A stretch of 64,000 nucleotides of DNA from Thermodesulfovibrionales bacterium. GTDB taxonomy: Bacteria > Nitrospirota > Thermodesulfovibrionia > Thermodesulfovibrionales > SM23-35. The notes below the pieces were generated by a model. It made no database searches. It was not told the DNA's origin and worked only from the letters and a program-made list of their open reading frames with translations. The DNA lies in the NCBI GenBank assembly GCA_963753165.1, contig CAVWBP010000013.1, positions 51,385 through 115,384 of the forward strand. Direction: 5' to 3'. Of this stretch, positions 47,251-55,482 are shown piece after piece. Both the position numbers and the translations under genes were made by a program. Each line of letters opens with the position of its first letter. Within the stretch, counting starts at the first letter, position 1.

Positions 47251-47898
47251 ATGAAAGTGAAAGTGGTCACAAATATTCTTGAGGCGAATGACAGGATTGC
47301 CGATGAAAACAGGAGGATTTTCCAGGAGGCCGGTGTCTATGTGATCAATATGATGAGCGGCCCCGGAGCAGGCAAGACCTCCCTTCTTGTGCGGACTATC
47401 CAGGAAATGCAGAAGAAAGTGAAGATCGGCGTTATAGAGGGCGATATCGCCGGAACCGATGATGCAGAAAGAATCGACAAGCTTGGTGTTCCGGTCGTTC
47501 AGATCAATACAGGCGGTGGATGTCATCTGGACGCAAATATGATAAGGGAAGTACTGCCGGATATGCCACTGAAAGACCTGGATCTGCTTATAATCGAAAA
47601 TGTCGGAAATCTTGTCTGTCCTGCGGAGTTCAAGGTCGGAGAGGAGATGAAGGTTATGCTCCTCAGCGTTGCCGAAGGCCATGATAAACCCCTGAAATAT
47701 CCTCTGATGTTCCAGGAATCATCTGCGCTTCTTCTCAACAAAATCGACCTCCTCCCTTATATAGATGTAGATATGGCAAAGATCAGGAAGGACTCTCTGT
47801 CACTGAACCCGAAGCTGAAACTATTCGAGGTTTCATGCAAGACCGGTCAGGGAATCAGTGAATGGGCGCAGTGGCTTGAGACCCTTGTAAAGAAATAA
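47251..47898 (+). CDS. hypB: Hydrogenase nickel-incorporation GTPase HypB
   Basis: P-loop GPGAGKTS, GGGCHLDA, ENVGNLVCPAEF, NKIDL. Confidence 0.9.
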   Translation: MKVKVVTNILEANDRIADENRRIFQEAGVYVINMMSGPGAGKTSLLVRTIQEMQKKVKIGVIEGDIAGTDDAERIDKLGVPVVQINTGGGCHLDANMIREVLPDMPLKDLDLLIIENVGNLVCPAEFKVGEEMKVMLLSVAEGHDKPLKYPLMFQESSALLLNKIDLLPYIDVDMAKIRKDSLSLNPKLKLFEVSCKTGQGISEWAQWLETLVKK

Positions 47899-47953
47899 GC
47901 AAGAATTCCTGAATTCGGGCGGACAGCTATCTGACACCATTGTATTTTTCTCT

Positions 47954-48081
47954 GTCATTATCCGGCTTGACCGGATAATCCAGATATTTAAAGAAAATAG
48001 TCCTCTCAATATATCATTAATATGAAAGCCCTGTTGAATATAATAAGATTCCTGGATTCCCCGATCAAGTCGTGGAATGAC
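47954..48081. repeat. Composite palindromic repeat, GTCATT...AATGAC superfamily (type B, long spacer)
   Basis: GTCATTATCCGGCTTGACCGGATAATCCAG (47954-47983) ... CTGGATTCCCCGATCAAGTCGTGGAATGAC (48052-48081). Confidence 0.7.
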
Positions 48082-48174
48082 GCATTTTTTACTGACATTA
48101 TCGGATCAAGTATGCAAAAACCTTATTTTCTTCACATAGTTTGTTTCGAATTCACTGAGTATTAGTTGTATCAT

Positions 48175-50665
48175 ATGAAACCCGTTCGCACCAAAATAGT
48201 AGTGAAAGGCATTGTGCAGGGGGTTGGATTCCGGCCATTTGTCTATAGTCTTGCCAGATCAAGCCGGCTGAAAGGTTTTGTCCTGAATTCCTCCGAAGGG
48301 GTCATTATCGAGATTGAAGGAGAGAATACCCCTGACTTTATTGACCGGCTGCAAAAAGAAGCCCCGCCTCTCTCCCGGATCATGTCCGTTGATATAACCA
48401 CCCTCCCATACCACGGCTATAAGGATTTCACCATTCTGAAAAGCAAGGATGCGGGAAGTTTTACCCTGATTTCAGCAGATGTCTCCATCTGCCAGGACTG
48501 TTTCCGGGAACTTCTCGACAAGAATGACCGGCGATATCTCTATCCGTTCATCAACTGCACCAATTGCGGTCCCCGGTATACCATAACTAAATCTGTTCCT
48601 TATGACAGGCCAAACACCACCATGGCTGTGTTCAAACTTTGTCCTGACTGCGACAGGGAATACCATGACCCACTCGACAGGAGATTCCATGCACAACCAA
48701 ATGCCTGTCCTGTCTGTGGGCCACAGGTGGACAGTATGAAAGTAAGAAGTGAAAAGTTAAGAGGTAGAGGAAAGCGGAAAAAAGCAAAAAAGCTCCAATT
48801 GAAGAAACAATAAGACTTCTGAAACAAGGGAAAAATTCTTGCCGATCAAAGGACTCGGGGGCTTTCATTTGGCCTGCGATGCGATGAACGAAGACGCGGT
48901 GAACAGACTGAGACTCAAAAAGAGGAAAAGCAATAAACCCTTTGCCCTTATGTCGCCGGATATCGAAACAATAAAAAAATTCTGCAGGGTATCCGAAGCA
49001 GAGGAGGCATATCTTACCTCGAACAAAAGGCCGATTGTCCTTCTCAATAAGATAAAAAACGGACTTCCTGAGGCAGTTTCACCCCACAATCCCTGCATAG
49101 GCTTCATGCTGCCGTATACACCATTGCATTATTTGTTGTTCTGTTATCCGATGGAAGCTTGCAGGCGCTCCCGACCTTCCACCTTGCTATCCTTCTCCTT
49201 CCCCCTTGGGGGGGGATGGGGGTGCATTTCGACGCCCTTGTCATGACCAGCGGCAATATCGCGGAAGAACCGATTGTGATTGAGAATGATGAGGCAGTGT
49301 CAAAGCTTTCCGATATTGCCGATGCGTTTCTCATGCATAACAGGGATATTTTCATGCGGGCTGACGACTCAGTGGTCAGAGTGAATAGTTTTATCACAGA
49401 CCCCTCGTCATCTCCTGCTCCGAAAGGGGGGAACGGGGGAGGGACGGTAGCATCTCCCGGTAAAAATCAACCGTCCCTTTCGTTTGTCCGCCGCTCCAGG
49501 GGCTATGTGCCCGACCCTGTTCTCCTGCACGAAGACGGGCCTGAGGTGCTCGGCTGCGGCGCTGATATCAAAAACATATTCACTCTTACCAAAGGGAGCT
49601 TTGCGATCCCGAGTCAGCATATCGGTGATATGGAAAATTATGAGACTCTCCGGTTTTTTGAGGAGAGCCTCAGGAATCTCAAGTCCGTGTACCGGGTTGA
49701 GCCGGTTGCGCTTGCCTATGACCTCCATCCCATGTATCTCTCAACACAGTGGGCCCTGCGGCAGGAGAATATTAAAAAGATACCGATTCAGCATCATTAT
49801 GCCCATGTTGGATCAGTCATGGCCGAAAAAGGGATCAAAGAGAAGGTTATCGGGGTGACTTTCGACGGTACGGGATATGGTACCGACGGAGGTCTCTGGG
49901 GCGGAGAATTTCTGATTGCTGATATTAAAGGATTCAGGAGAGCATGCCACTTCAGATACATCCCGCTTCCGGGCGGAGAAGCTGCGGTAAAAGAGCCGTG
50001 GAGGATAGCGGTCAGTTATATAAAGAATATCACCGGGAATGAAGTTATGCCCTATCTCGATTCAATCGGCTTTATCAGGAGATACGGCAGGGAGAAAATA
50101 CACTCTCTCCTGCAGATTCTCGACAACAGACAGTTTTCCCCGCTTTCCTCAGGCGCCGGAAGACTGTTTGATGCTGTTTCGGCGCTGATCGGCGTCTGTG
50201 ATGACAATACCTTTGAAGGAGAGGCGGCAATAGCCCTTGAGGCGATAACCTATCCCGATATTATCGATGATTATCCTGTTGATATAAAATTCAAGGAGAC
50301 GATGGAAGTCGATTTTTCCCATACTATCCTGAGAATCATGGAAGAGATAAAAGAGAAGAAAGAGAAAGGGATTATTGCTACAAAATTCCATAATACCATC
50401 ATAACGGTCATTGAACGGGTGGTGGAGAAATTATCCTCGGTGACCGGAATAAGGGACGTTGCCCTGTGCGGCGGTGTGTTCCAGAATATGTATCTCCTTG
50501 AACGGACGATTGACAGGCTTCGGTCAATCGGGCATGAACGTCCTGATCCACGATAAAGTCCCGACCAACGATGCAGGAATATCACTCGGTCAGGCGTATA
50601 TAATAAGAGAGAGGATAAAAGCGGGAATCTATAGAATAGAGGCAAATACTAAATTCGAAATCTAA
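48175..50665 (+). pseudogene. hypF: Carbamoyltransferase HypF, interrupted by at least 4 frameshifts and carrying two extra low-complexity insertions
   Basis: Acylphosphatase domain (VKGIVQGVGFRPF) and two zinc fingers (CQDC...CTNCGPRY; CPDC...CPVCGP). Also IKGLGGFHLACDA, PYTPLHYLL, LVMTSGN, RRSRGYVP, GGVFQN, PTNDAGISLGQA. Pieces: 48166..48813, 48839..49246, 49159..50556, 50459..50665, plus a short third-frame stretch EETIRLLKQGK. Shifts occur at A6/A6/A5 runs (48778-48835), a G8 run (49208-49215) and GGG (about 50530). Confidence 0.85.
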
Positions 50666-50887
50666 ATCCTAAACTGAAAAATTACTAAGGAGTTTAGAAG
50701 TATAACCGAGATTCACATGTCAATTTGTCATTCTGGCTCGTCGGGATCGACCGTACAGTTAATGCAAAGCAAGATTCCGGACAAGCCGGAATGACATAAT
50801 TAAGGTATTTAATTGCCGACTTAGTAGTATTTAGGATTTTGATATTTGAAATTTGAAATTGTTTAGAATTTAGATATTAGAATTTAG
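50644..50887. repeat. CTAAAT-rich imperfect inverted arms flanking a type-A palindromic repeat (50727-50796)
   Basis: Left arm AAATACTAAATTCGAAATCTAAATCCTAAAC (50644-50674; it also encodes the last hypF codons). Right arm GTTTAGAATTTAGATATTAGAATTTAG (50861-50887), nearly identical to the arm at 54239-54270. Confidence 0.6.
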
Positions 50888-50914
50888 TTTTTAAATAATA
50901 TTTGGAGGACTTGA

Positions 50915-51979
50915 ATGAAGAAAATAGCAGCCGCAATAAAGAAACTGACGGAGAGAATCGGTCGTCCGGTAAAGTTTATGGAAGTCTGTGGAACTCATAC
51001 CGTGGCAATTTTCAGGCACGGCATCAGAGGCGTCATTCCGAAGGAGATCAGTCTCCTGAGCGGTCCGGGATGTCCTGTCTGTGTGACTCCGATTAAGGAC
51101 GTTGATGCTGCAATAGCGATTGCGAATCTTGACGGAACCATCCTTACCACATTCGGCGATATGATGAGGGTGCCCGGCAGCAAGAAGTCGCTTTTTCACG
51201 CACAGGCAGAAGGCGCCAAGATCAGCATTGTCTATTCTCCGATGGATGCGCTGAAGATGGCTGCAGAGAACAAAGACAAGAATATCGTCTTCTTTGCCAC
51301 CGGTTTTGAGACAACGTCGCCCTCTATCGCCGGGACGCTCTTTGAGGCGTCCCGATCAGGGATTAACAATTTTTATATTTACTCGGCACACAAGGTTGTC
51401 CCGCCGGCGCTCAAGGCCTTGCTCGATTCTCCCGACCTGAAGATCGACGGGTTTATCCTCCCCGGGCACGTGAGCACAATCATCGGAACTGAACCATATG
51501 AATTCATCGCAGCTGATTATTCAATTTCATCAGTCGTAACCGGATTTGATGCAGATGATATCCTCACTGCCATCCTGATGCTGCTCGATCAGATTGCATC
51601 AGGCAGGGCAGCAGTTGAAATCCAGTATACCAAGGTCGTAAGAAAAGAGGGCAACCCGAAAGCGATGTCACTGATCAATGAATTTTTCGAGCCCTGTGAC
51701 GCCAACTGGAGAGGGATCGGAGTGATACCCGGAAGCGGACTGAAACTGAGAAAGCAAGCGAGCAGGTTCGATGTCAGCAACGTGTTCAATCTTGATATCC
51801 CGGACGCCCCGGAGCCGAAAGGCTGTCAGTGCGGACAGGTTTTGACTGGAGTCAAGATACCGACAGACTGCAGGCTTTTCGGAAAGGCATGCACACCAGA
51901 ACACCCGGTCGGCGCATGCATGGTGAGCACCGAGGGAAGCTGCGCAGCGTATTATAAGTATTCGGGAGTTGTGCGATAA
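50915..51979 (+). CDS. hypD: Hydrogenase maturation Fe-S protein HypD
   Basis: MEVCGTHT, GPGCPVCVTP, GFETT, PGHVS, and a C-terminal Cys cluster. Confidence 0.92.
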   Translation: MKKIAAAIKKLTERIGRPVKFMEVCGTHTVAIFRHGIRGVIPKEISLLSGPGCPVCVTPIKDVDAAIAIANLDGTILTTFGDMMRVPGSKKSLFHAQAEGAKISIVYSPMDALKMAAENKDKNIVFFATGFETTSPSIAGTLFEASRSGINNFYIYSAHKVVPPALKALLDSPDLKIDGFILPGHVSTIIGTEPYEFIAADYSISSVVTGFDADDILTAILMLLDQIASGRAAVEIQYTKVVRKEGNPKAMSLINEFFEPCDANWRGIGVIPGSGLKLRKQASRFDVSNVFNLDIPDAPEPKGCQCGQVLTGVKIPTDCRLFGKACTPEHPVGACMVSTEGSCAAYYKYSGVVR

Positions 51980-52033
51980 CAACCGGTCAATTATTATAGC
52001 GCAGAAATTCCTGAGCCTTTTTGAGAAACCCAT

Positions 52034-52654
52034 TTGGCGACTGCTGATCTGTATCTCGACAAAATTGATTTTATGAAGTATCTCCCGGAAGGGTGCAGGG
52101 AGAACTGCGGGTATTCTTCCTGTAAAGAGTTTCTCGACACCCTGCAAAAAGACAACCATGCGCTTCGCAAATGTCCTTTTATCAAAAGAAATCAGACCTA
52201 TGCGTTCGAAGCCGTCGGCATGATAAAGGATTTATGGCCCCAAGTCCCGCTCCTCACGCATCCGAGACCCGGCCCTACAGGACTGGTCGAACTGAATCAG
52301 CCGGACGAAAAAGCCATAGTACTCATCACGGGGAACAATAAATTCACCCAGGATGTCCTTCTCACGGTTCTGGGAACTACCCTGTGCCCCTTTTATGTTG
52401 TCTTTACTGATACAGACGGCAACACCATAGACATGGCCATGATTTACAAAACTTTCACGGCAGAGAGGATATCCAGGGCTATACAGATATCAGGGATAGG
52501 TGAAAAACTCTTCACAAAACTGATGATAATCCCCGGACTTGCAGCCCAGCTTCAGGAAGATATCAGGAAAGAAACGAGATGGACTGTGAGGGTAGGGCCT
52601 GAGTGTGCTGCGGAACTACCGCTTTATTTCTCTGAGATTTGGATTCCGCCGTAG
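52034..52654 (+). CDS. Small Fe-S / corrinoid-domain-like protein (N-terminal Cys4 module + CFeSP large-subunit/HgcA-like Rossmann domain)
   Basis: YLPEGCRENCGYSSCKEFLDTLQKDNHALRKC has spacing C-x3-C-x4-C-x16-C, close to the C-x2-C-x4-C-x16-C module of RnfB and AcsC N-termini. The C-terminal half (GLVELNQPDEKAIVLITGNNKFT...VVFTDTDGN...KLMIIPGLAAQL...WTVRVGPECAAELPLYF) aligns by eye with the corrinoid-binding domain pattern VLVTANYKLT...LVLDTKG...LVLPQLGAPGV...GPVRA.DLPAYL. TTG 52034 or ATG 52073 as start. Confidence 0.5.
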   Translation: MATADLYLDKIDFMKYLPEGCRENCGYSSCKEFLDTLQKDNHALRKCPFIKRNQTYAFEAVGMIKDLWPQVPLLTHPRPGPTGLVELNQPDEKAIVLITGNNKFTQDVLLTVLGTTLCPFYVVFTDTDGNTIDMAMIYKTFTAERISRAIQISGIGEKLFTKLMIIPGLAAQLQEDIRKETRWTVRVGPECAAELPLYFSEIWIPP

Positions 52655-52774
52655 AAAAAAGGGGCTTAGTGTTGTAACGGCCAGGAAAGCGACCGACTGC
52701 TGATTTCTTGGGCCCGGACCCTTGGAATTGTTGGGATATGCTAAAATAAAAGGTCAATAAAGGAGGGATACACA

Positions 52775-53776
52775 ATGGAAGATCGTATTCTGCTGGGACA
52801 TGGAAGCGGCGGGAGATTGATGTATCAGCTTATTCGAGAACACTTTATGCCCAAATTCGGGATGAAGTCCCTCAACGATTCCGCTGTGCTGAAGGGTATC
52901 AATAAAGGGAAACTTGCGTTCACCACAGACTCCTATGTTGTGTCCCCGATCTTTTTCCCGGGCGGCAACATCGGAGAACTTGCTGTCTACGGAACGGTGA
53001 ACGACCTTGCAATGGTCGGCGCAAAACCGTTGTATATAACCTCAGGCCTTATCCTGGAAGAAGGATTCCCGCTCGATGATCTGAAGAAAATACTCACCTC
53101 CATGTCGGAAGCGGCAAAAACGGCAGGAGTAAAGATAGTGGCCGGAGATACGAAAGTGGTAAACAAGGGGAAAGCAGACGGTATTTTTATCAATACCGCA
53201 GGAATTGGGGTCATTGATGAGGGGATAGAAATTTCTCCGTCAAGAGTGAAACCGGGCGATAAAGTGATTCTCAGCGGCCCGATTGGCAACCATGGTGTTG
53301 CTATCATGGCAGAGAGGAATGGCCTGAGCTTTAATCCCCCTGTGGTCAGCGACACTGCGCCGTTGAACGGGCTGGTGAGAGAGATGCTGAAAAAGACCAA
53401 AAAGATTCACACGTTAAGAGACCCGACCAGGGGTGGACTTGCGACAACCCTGAAAGAGATCGCAACTGATTCAGGATACTGTGTTCTGATCGAAGAGGAT
53501 CTGATTCCGGTTCCCCCGGGTGTCAGGGGCGCATGCGAACTACTCGGTCTTGATCCACTCTATATCGCCAATGAAGGAATATTGTCGGCCATAGTAAGCA
53601 GTGATGCAGCCGAATCAGTGCTCAAGACGATGAAAAAGCATCCGCTCGGCAAAGAGGCACGGATTATCGGAGAAGTACAAAAGTCACCGACCGGAATGGT
53701 CCTCCTCAAAACAGCCATCGGCGGAACAAGAATTATCGAGATGCTGTCAGGAGACCAGCTGCCGAGAATATGTTAA
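52775..53776 (+). CDS. hypE: Hydrogenase maturation protein HypE
   Basis: GHGSGG, a PurM-like fold, and the C-terminal PRIC motif. Confidence 0.92.
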   Translation: MEDRILLGHGSGGRLMYQLIREHFMPKFGMKSLNDSAVLKGINKGKLAFTTDSYVVSPIFFPGGNIGELAVYGTVNDLAMVGAKPLYITSGLILEEGFPLDDLKKILTSMSEAAKTAGVKIVAGDTKVVNKGKADGIFINTAGIGVIDEGIEISPSRVKPGDKVILSGPIGNHGVAIMAERNGLSFNPPVVSDTAPLNGLVREMLKKTKKIHTLRDPTRGGLATTLKEIATDSGYCVLIEEDLIPVPPGVRGACELLGLDPLYIANEGILSAIVSSDAAESVLKTMKKHPLGKEARIIGEVQKSPTGMVLLKTAIGGTRIIEMLSGDQLPRIC

Positions 53777-53777
53777 T

Positions 53778-54270
53778 AAAAAATCCTAAATTCTAAATAC
53801 TAAACCCTAAACAATGACTAATGACAGAAATAAAAAATTCAAAACAGTATGACTTGGAAGACAGGACGCTTAATTTCACCAAGAATGTCATACGTTTGAT
53901 AAATGAGATTCCAAAATCACTTGCAAATGGAGAAATTAGCAGACAATTGGTAAGATCAGCAGGCTCAGTAGGCGCAAATTATATTGAAGCAAATGAATCA
54001 TTAAGCAAAAAAGACTTTGTAATGCGAATAAAAATATGTAGAAAAGAAGCAAAAGAAAGTCGTTATTGGCTTCGATTAATACAATGTAATGATGGGATAA
54101 TAGATGAACAGAGGAAGTTGGTACAGGAGTCGCAGGAACTCATGAAAATATTTGGAGCAATACTTGAAAAGACAAATCCTAAACCCTAAGTTCGAATACT
54201 ATACTGTTTTAAACATTGGATATTTGTTTTTTGAATTTGTTTAGGATTTAGATATTAGAATTTAGGAATT
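53778..54270. mobile_element. Inverted-repeat-bounded cassette carrying a four-helix-bundle (Avd / 23S rRNA IVS protein-like) gene
   Basis: Left arm AAAAAATCCTAAATTCTAAATACTAAACCCTAAAC (53778-53812). Right arm GTTTAGGATTTAGATATTAGAATTTAGGAATT (54239-54270). About 27 of 32 positions are complementary by eye. A partial third arm copy lies at 54173-54190. Confidence 0.45.
53821..54189 (+). CDS. Four-helix-bundle protein (23S rRNA intervening-sequence protein / Avd-like family)
   Basis: LEDRTLNFTKNVIRLINEIPKSLANGEISRQLVRSAGSVGANYIEANESLSKKDFVMRIKICRKEAKESRYWLRLI matches the characteristic family pattern. Confidence 0.8.
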   Translation: MTEIKNSKQYDLEDRTLNFTKNVIRLINEIPKSLANGEISRQLVRSAGSVGANYIEANESLSKKDFVMRIKICRKEAKESRYWLRLIQCNDGIIDEQRKLVQESQELMKIFGAILEKTNPKP

Positions 54271-54280
54271 AATTTTGGAG

Positions 54281-54993
54281 ATGTTAGCTTTGTGTTAACA
54301 TCGACCACGTCGCAACTATCAGACAGGCCAGGAGAGGGATCGAACCTGACCCTGTAATGGCTGCCACGCTTGCAATCCTTGGAGGCGCTGATGGAATCAC
54401 GGTTCATCTCCGTGAGGACAGGCGGCATATCCAGGACAGGGACCTGAAGATATTACGAGAGTTTATCCCGAATGAACTGAACCTCGAAATGGCGGCCACT
54501 AAGGAAATGGTCGGTATTGCAATCAGGACAAAACCCGATTTGGTCACCCTGGTGCCTGAAAAGAGACTGGAACTTACCACAGAGGGCGGGTTGGATGTGA
54601 AATCCCACAAGAAGACGCTTCAGGAGGCTATCAGGAGAATCCACGGGATTGGTATCCCGGTCAGTCTTTTCATAAATCCTCAGAAAGAAACTCTTGAGAT
54701 AGCGAAACAGACCGGCGCTGATATGGTCGAACTCCATACGGGGATGTATGCTGATGCAAAATCCGGGAAGAAAGAAAAAGAACTCACAAGAATAGTCAGC
54801 GCAAAGAAGACGGCCCTCGATCTGGAGCTTCTCGTCAATGCAGGGCATGGACTGAATTATTTTAATGTTTCACCGGTTGCTTCCATACAAGGCATCAGAG
54901 GTCTTTACATAGGCCATAGCATAATTTCCCGGGCAGTGTTTGTCGGCCTGGAGAGGGCAGTGACGAGAGATGAAGGAATTAATATATCTATAA
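54281..54993 (+). CDS. pdxJ: Pyridoxine 5'-phosphate synthase PdxJ (apparent 1-nt indels near both ends)
   Basis: ATG 54281 (MLAL) is out of frame by one base with [20 protein letters not shown]...[16 protein letters not shown]...ELHTG...NAGHGL (ORF 54357..55028 frame, open from 54285). Dropping one base near 54963 gives the consensus ending [11 protein letters not shown] with stop at 54991-54993. That stop is followed by AAGGAGG and the ATG of the next gene. Confidence 0.85.
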
Positions 54994-55009
54994 AGGAGGC
55001 TGTGCGTAA

Positions 55010-55471
55010 ATGGAAAAAAATATTCTGATTTTGTGTTGCGGATATCCATATGCAGGTGATGCCGGATTCGGGTATCATGTATCGAAAGCGTTGGAGAAAA
55101 TAAAACTGCCTGAAAATGTTGATTTAATGGAGGTCGGTTTTTCTGCATGCATGATACCCCATGTTATCGAGGGCAAGGATAAAATGATAGTGGTTGATAT
55201 TTTTTATACACAGGACAACCCAGGAACGGTAGTCCGTTTAACGCAGGAGGAGGTTCCGCTTATAGTGAAGGGGAAGACAGATACTTCGAAATTACATCTC
55301 ATGGAAACACTGGAACAGATAAAATTGACCGGCAAATGCCCTGAGACCCTTTTTGTCGGAATCGTGCCGGTACGAACAGAGATGGAGGACGAAAAGTTGA
55401 CTCCTGAAATTCAGGGCAAGGTGCCGGTTGTCATAGAGATGATCATGAAAGAAATAAACTCATCGCGCTAA
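55010..55471 (+). CDS. Hydrogenase maturation endopeptidase (HybD/HyaD-like)
   Basis: [20 protein letters not shown] (GNxxxxDDGxG-like), MIVVDIF, KLHLME, and ETLFVGIVP in family order. 153 aa. Confidence 0.7.
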   Translation: MEKNILILCCGYPYAGDAGFGYHVSKALEKIKLPENVDLMEVGFSACMIPHVIEGKDKMIVVDIFYTQDNPGTVVRLTQEEVPLIVKGKTDTSKLHLMETLEQIKLTGKCPETLFVGIVPVRTEMEDEKLTPEIQGKVPVVIEMIMKEINSSR

Positions 55472-55482
55472 CCCTTATCGGT

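Noticed and set aside
48760-49230. Programmed ribosomal frameshifting or recoding as the explanation for the hypF and cysS frame changes.
   Set aside because: The sites are simple homopolymer runs without slippery-heptamer plus structure signatures. They occur in many unrelated genes, including at gene ends (pdxJ), so indel error or decay is more parsimonious.
13336-50796. The possibility that the recurrent palindromes represent a CRISPR array.
   Set aside because: The copies are dispersed singly in different intergenic spacers and occur in both orientations. There is no regular repeat-spacer periodicity and no cas genes.
50717-50796. A small ORF, MSICHSGSSGSTVQLMQSKIPDKPE, and similar peptides encoded by the GTCATT...AATGAC repeats.
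   Set aside because: The 'conservation' is at the DNA palindrome level and is present in both orientations. There is no RBS and no consistent frame between copies.
50665-50915. A search for a hypC gene in the hypF-hypD spacer and elsewhere in the window.
   Set aside because: No ORF with an MCL(A/G)(I/V)PG-type start and about 70-90 codons exists. The spacer consists of CTAAAT-rich arms and a palindromic repeat. hypC may lie outside the window.
53821-54189. A diversity-generating retroelement, suggested by the Avd-like four-helix-bundle gene.
   Set aside because: No reverse transcriptase ORF and no template/variable repeat pair could be seen anywhere in the window. The gene is better explained as a stand-alone IVS-protein-type cassette.
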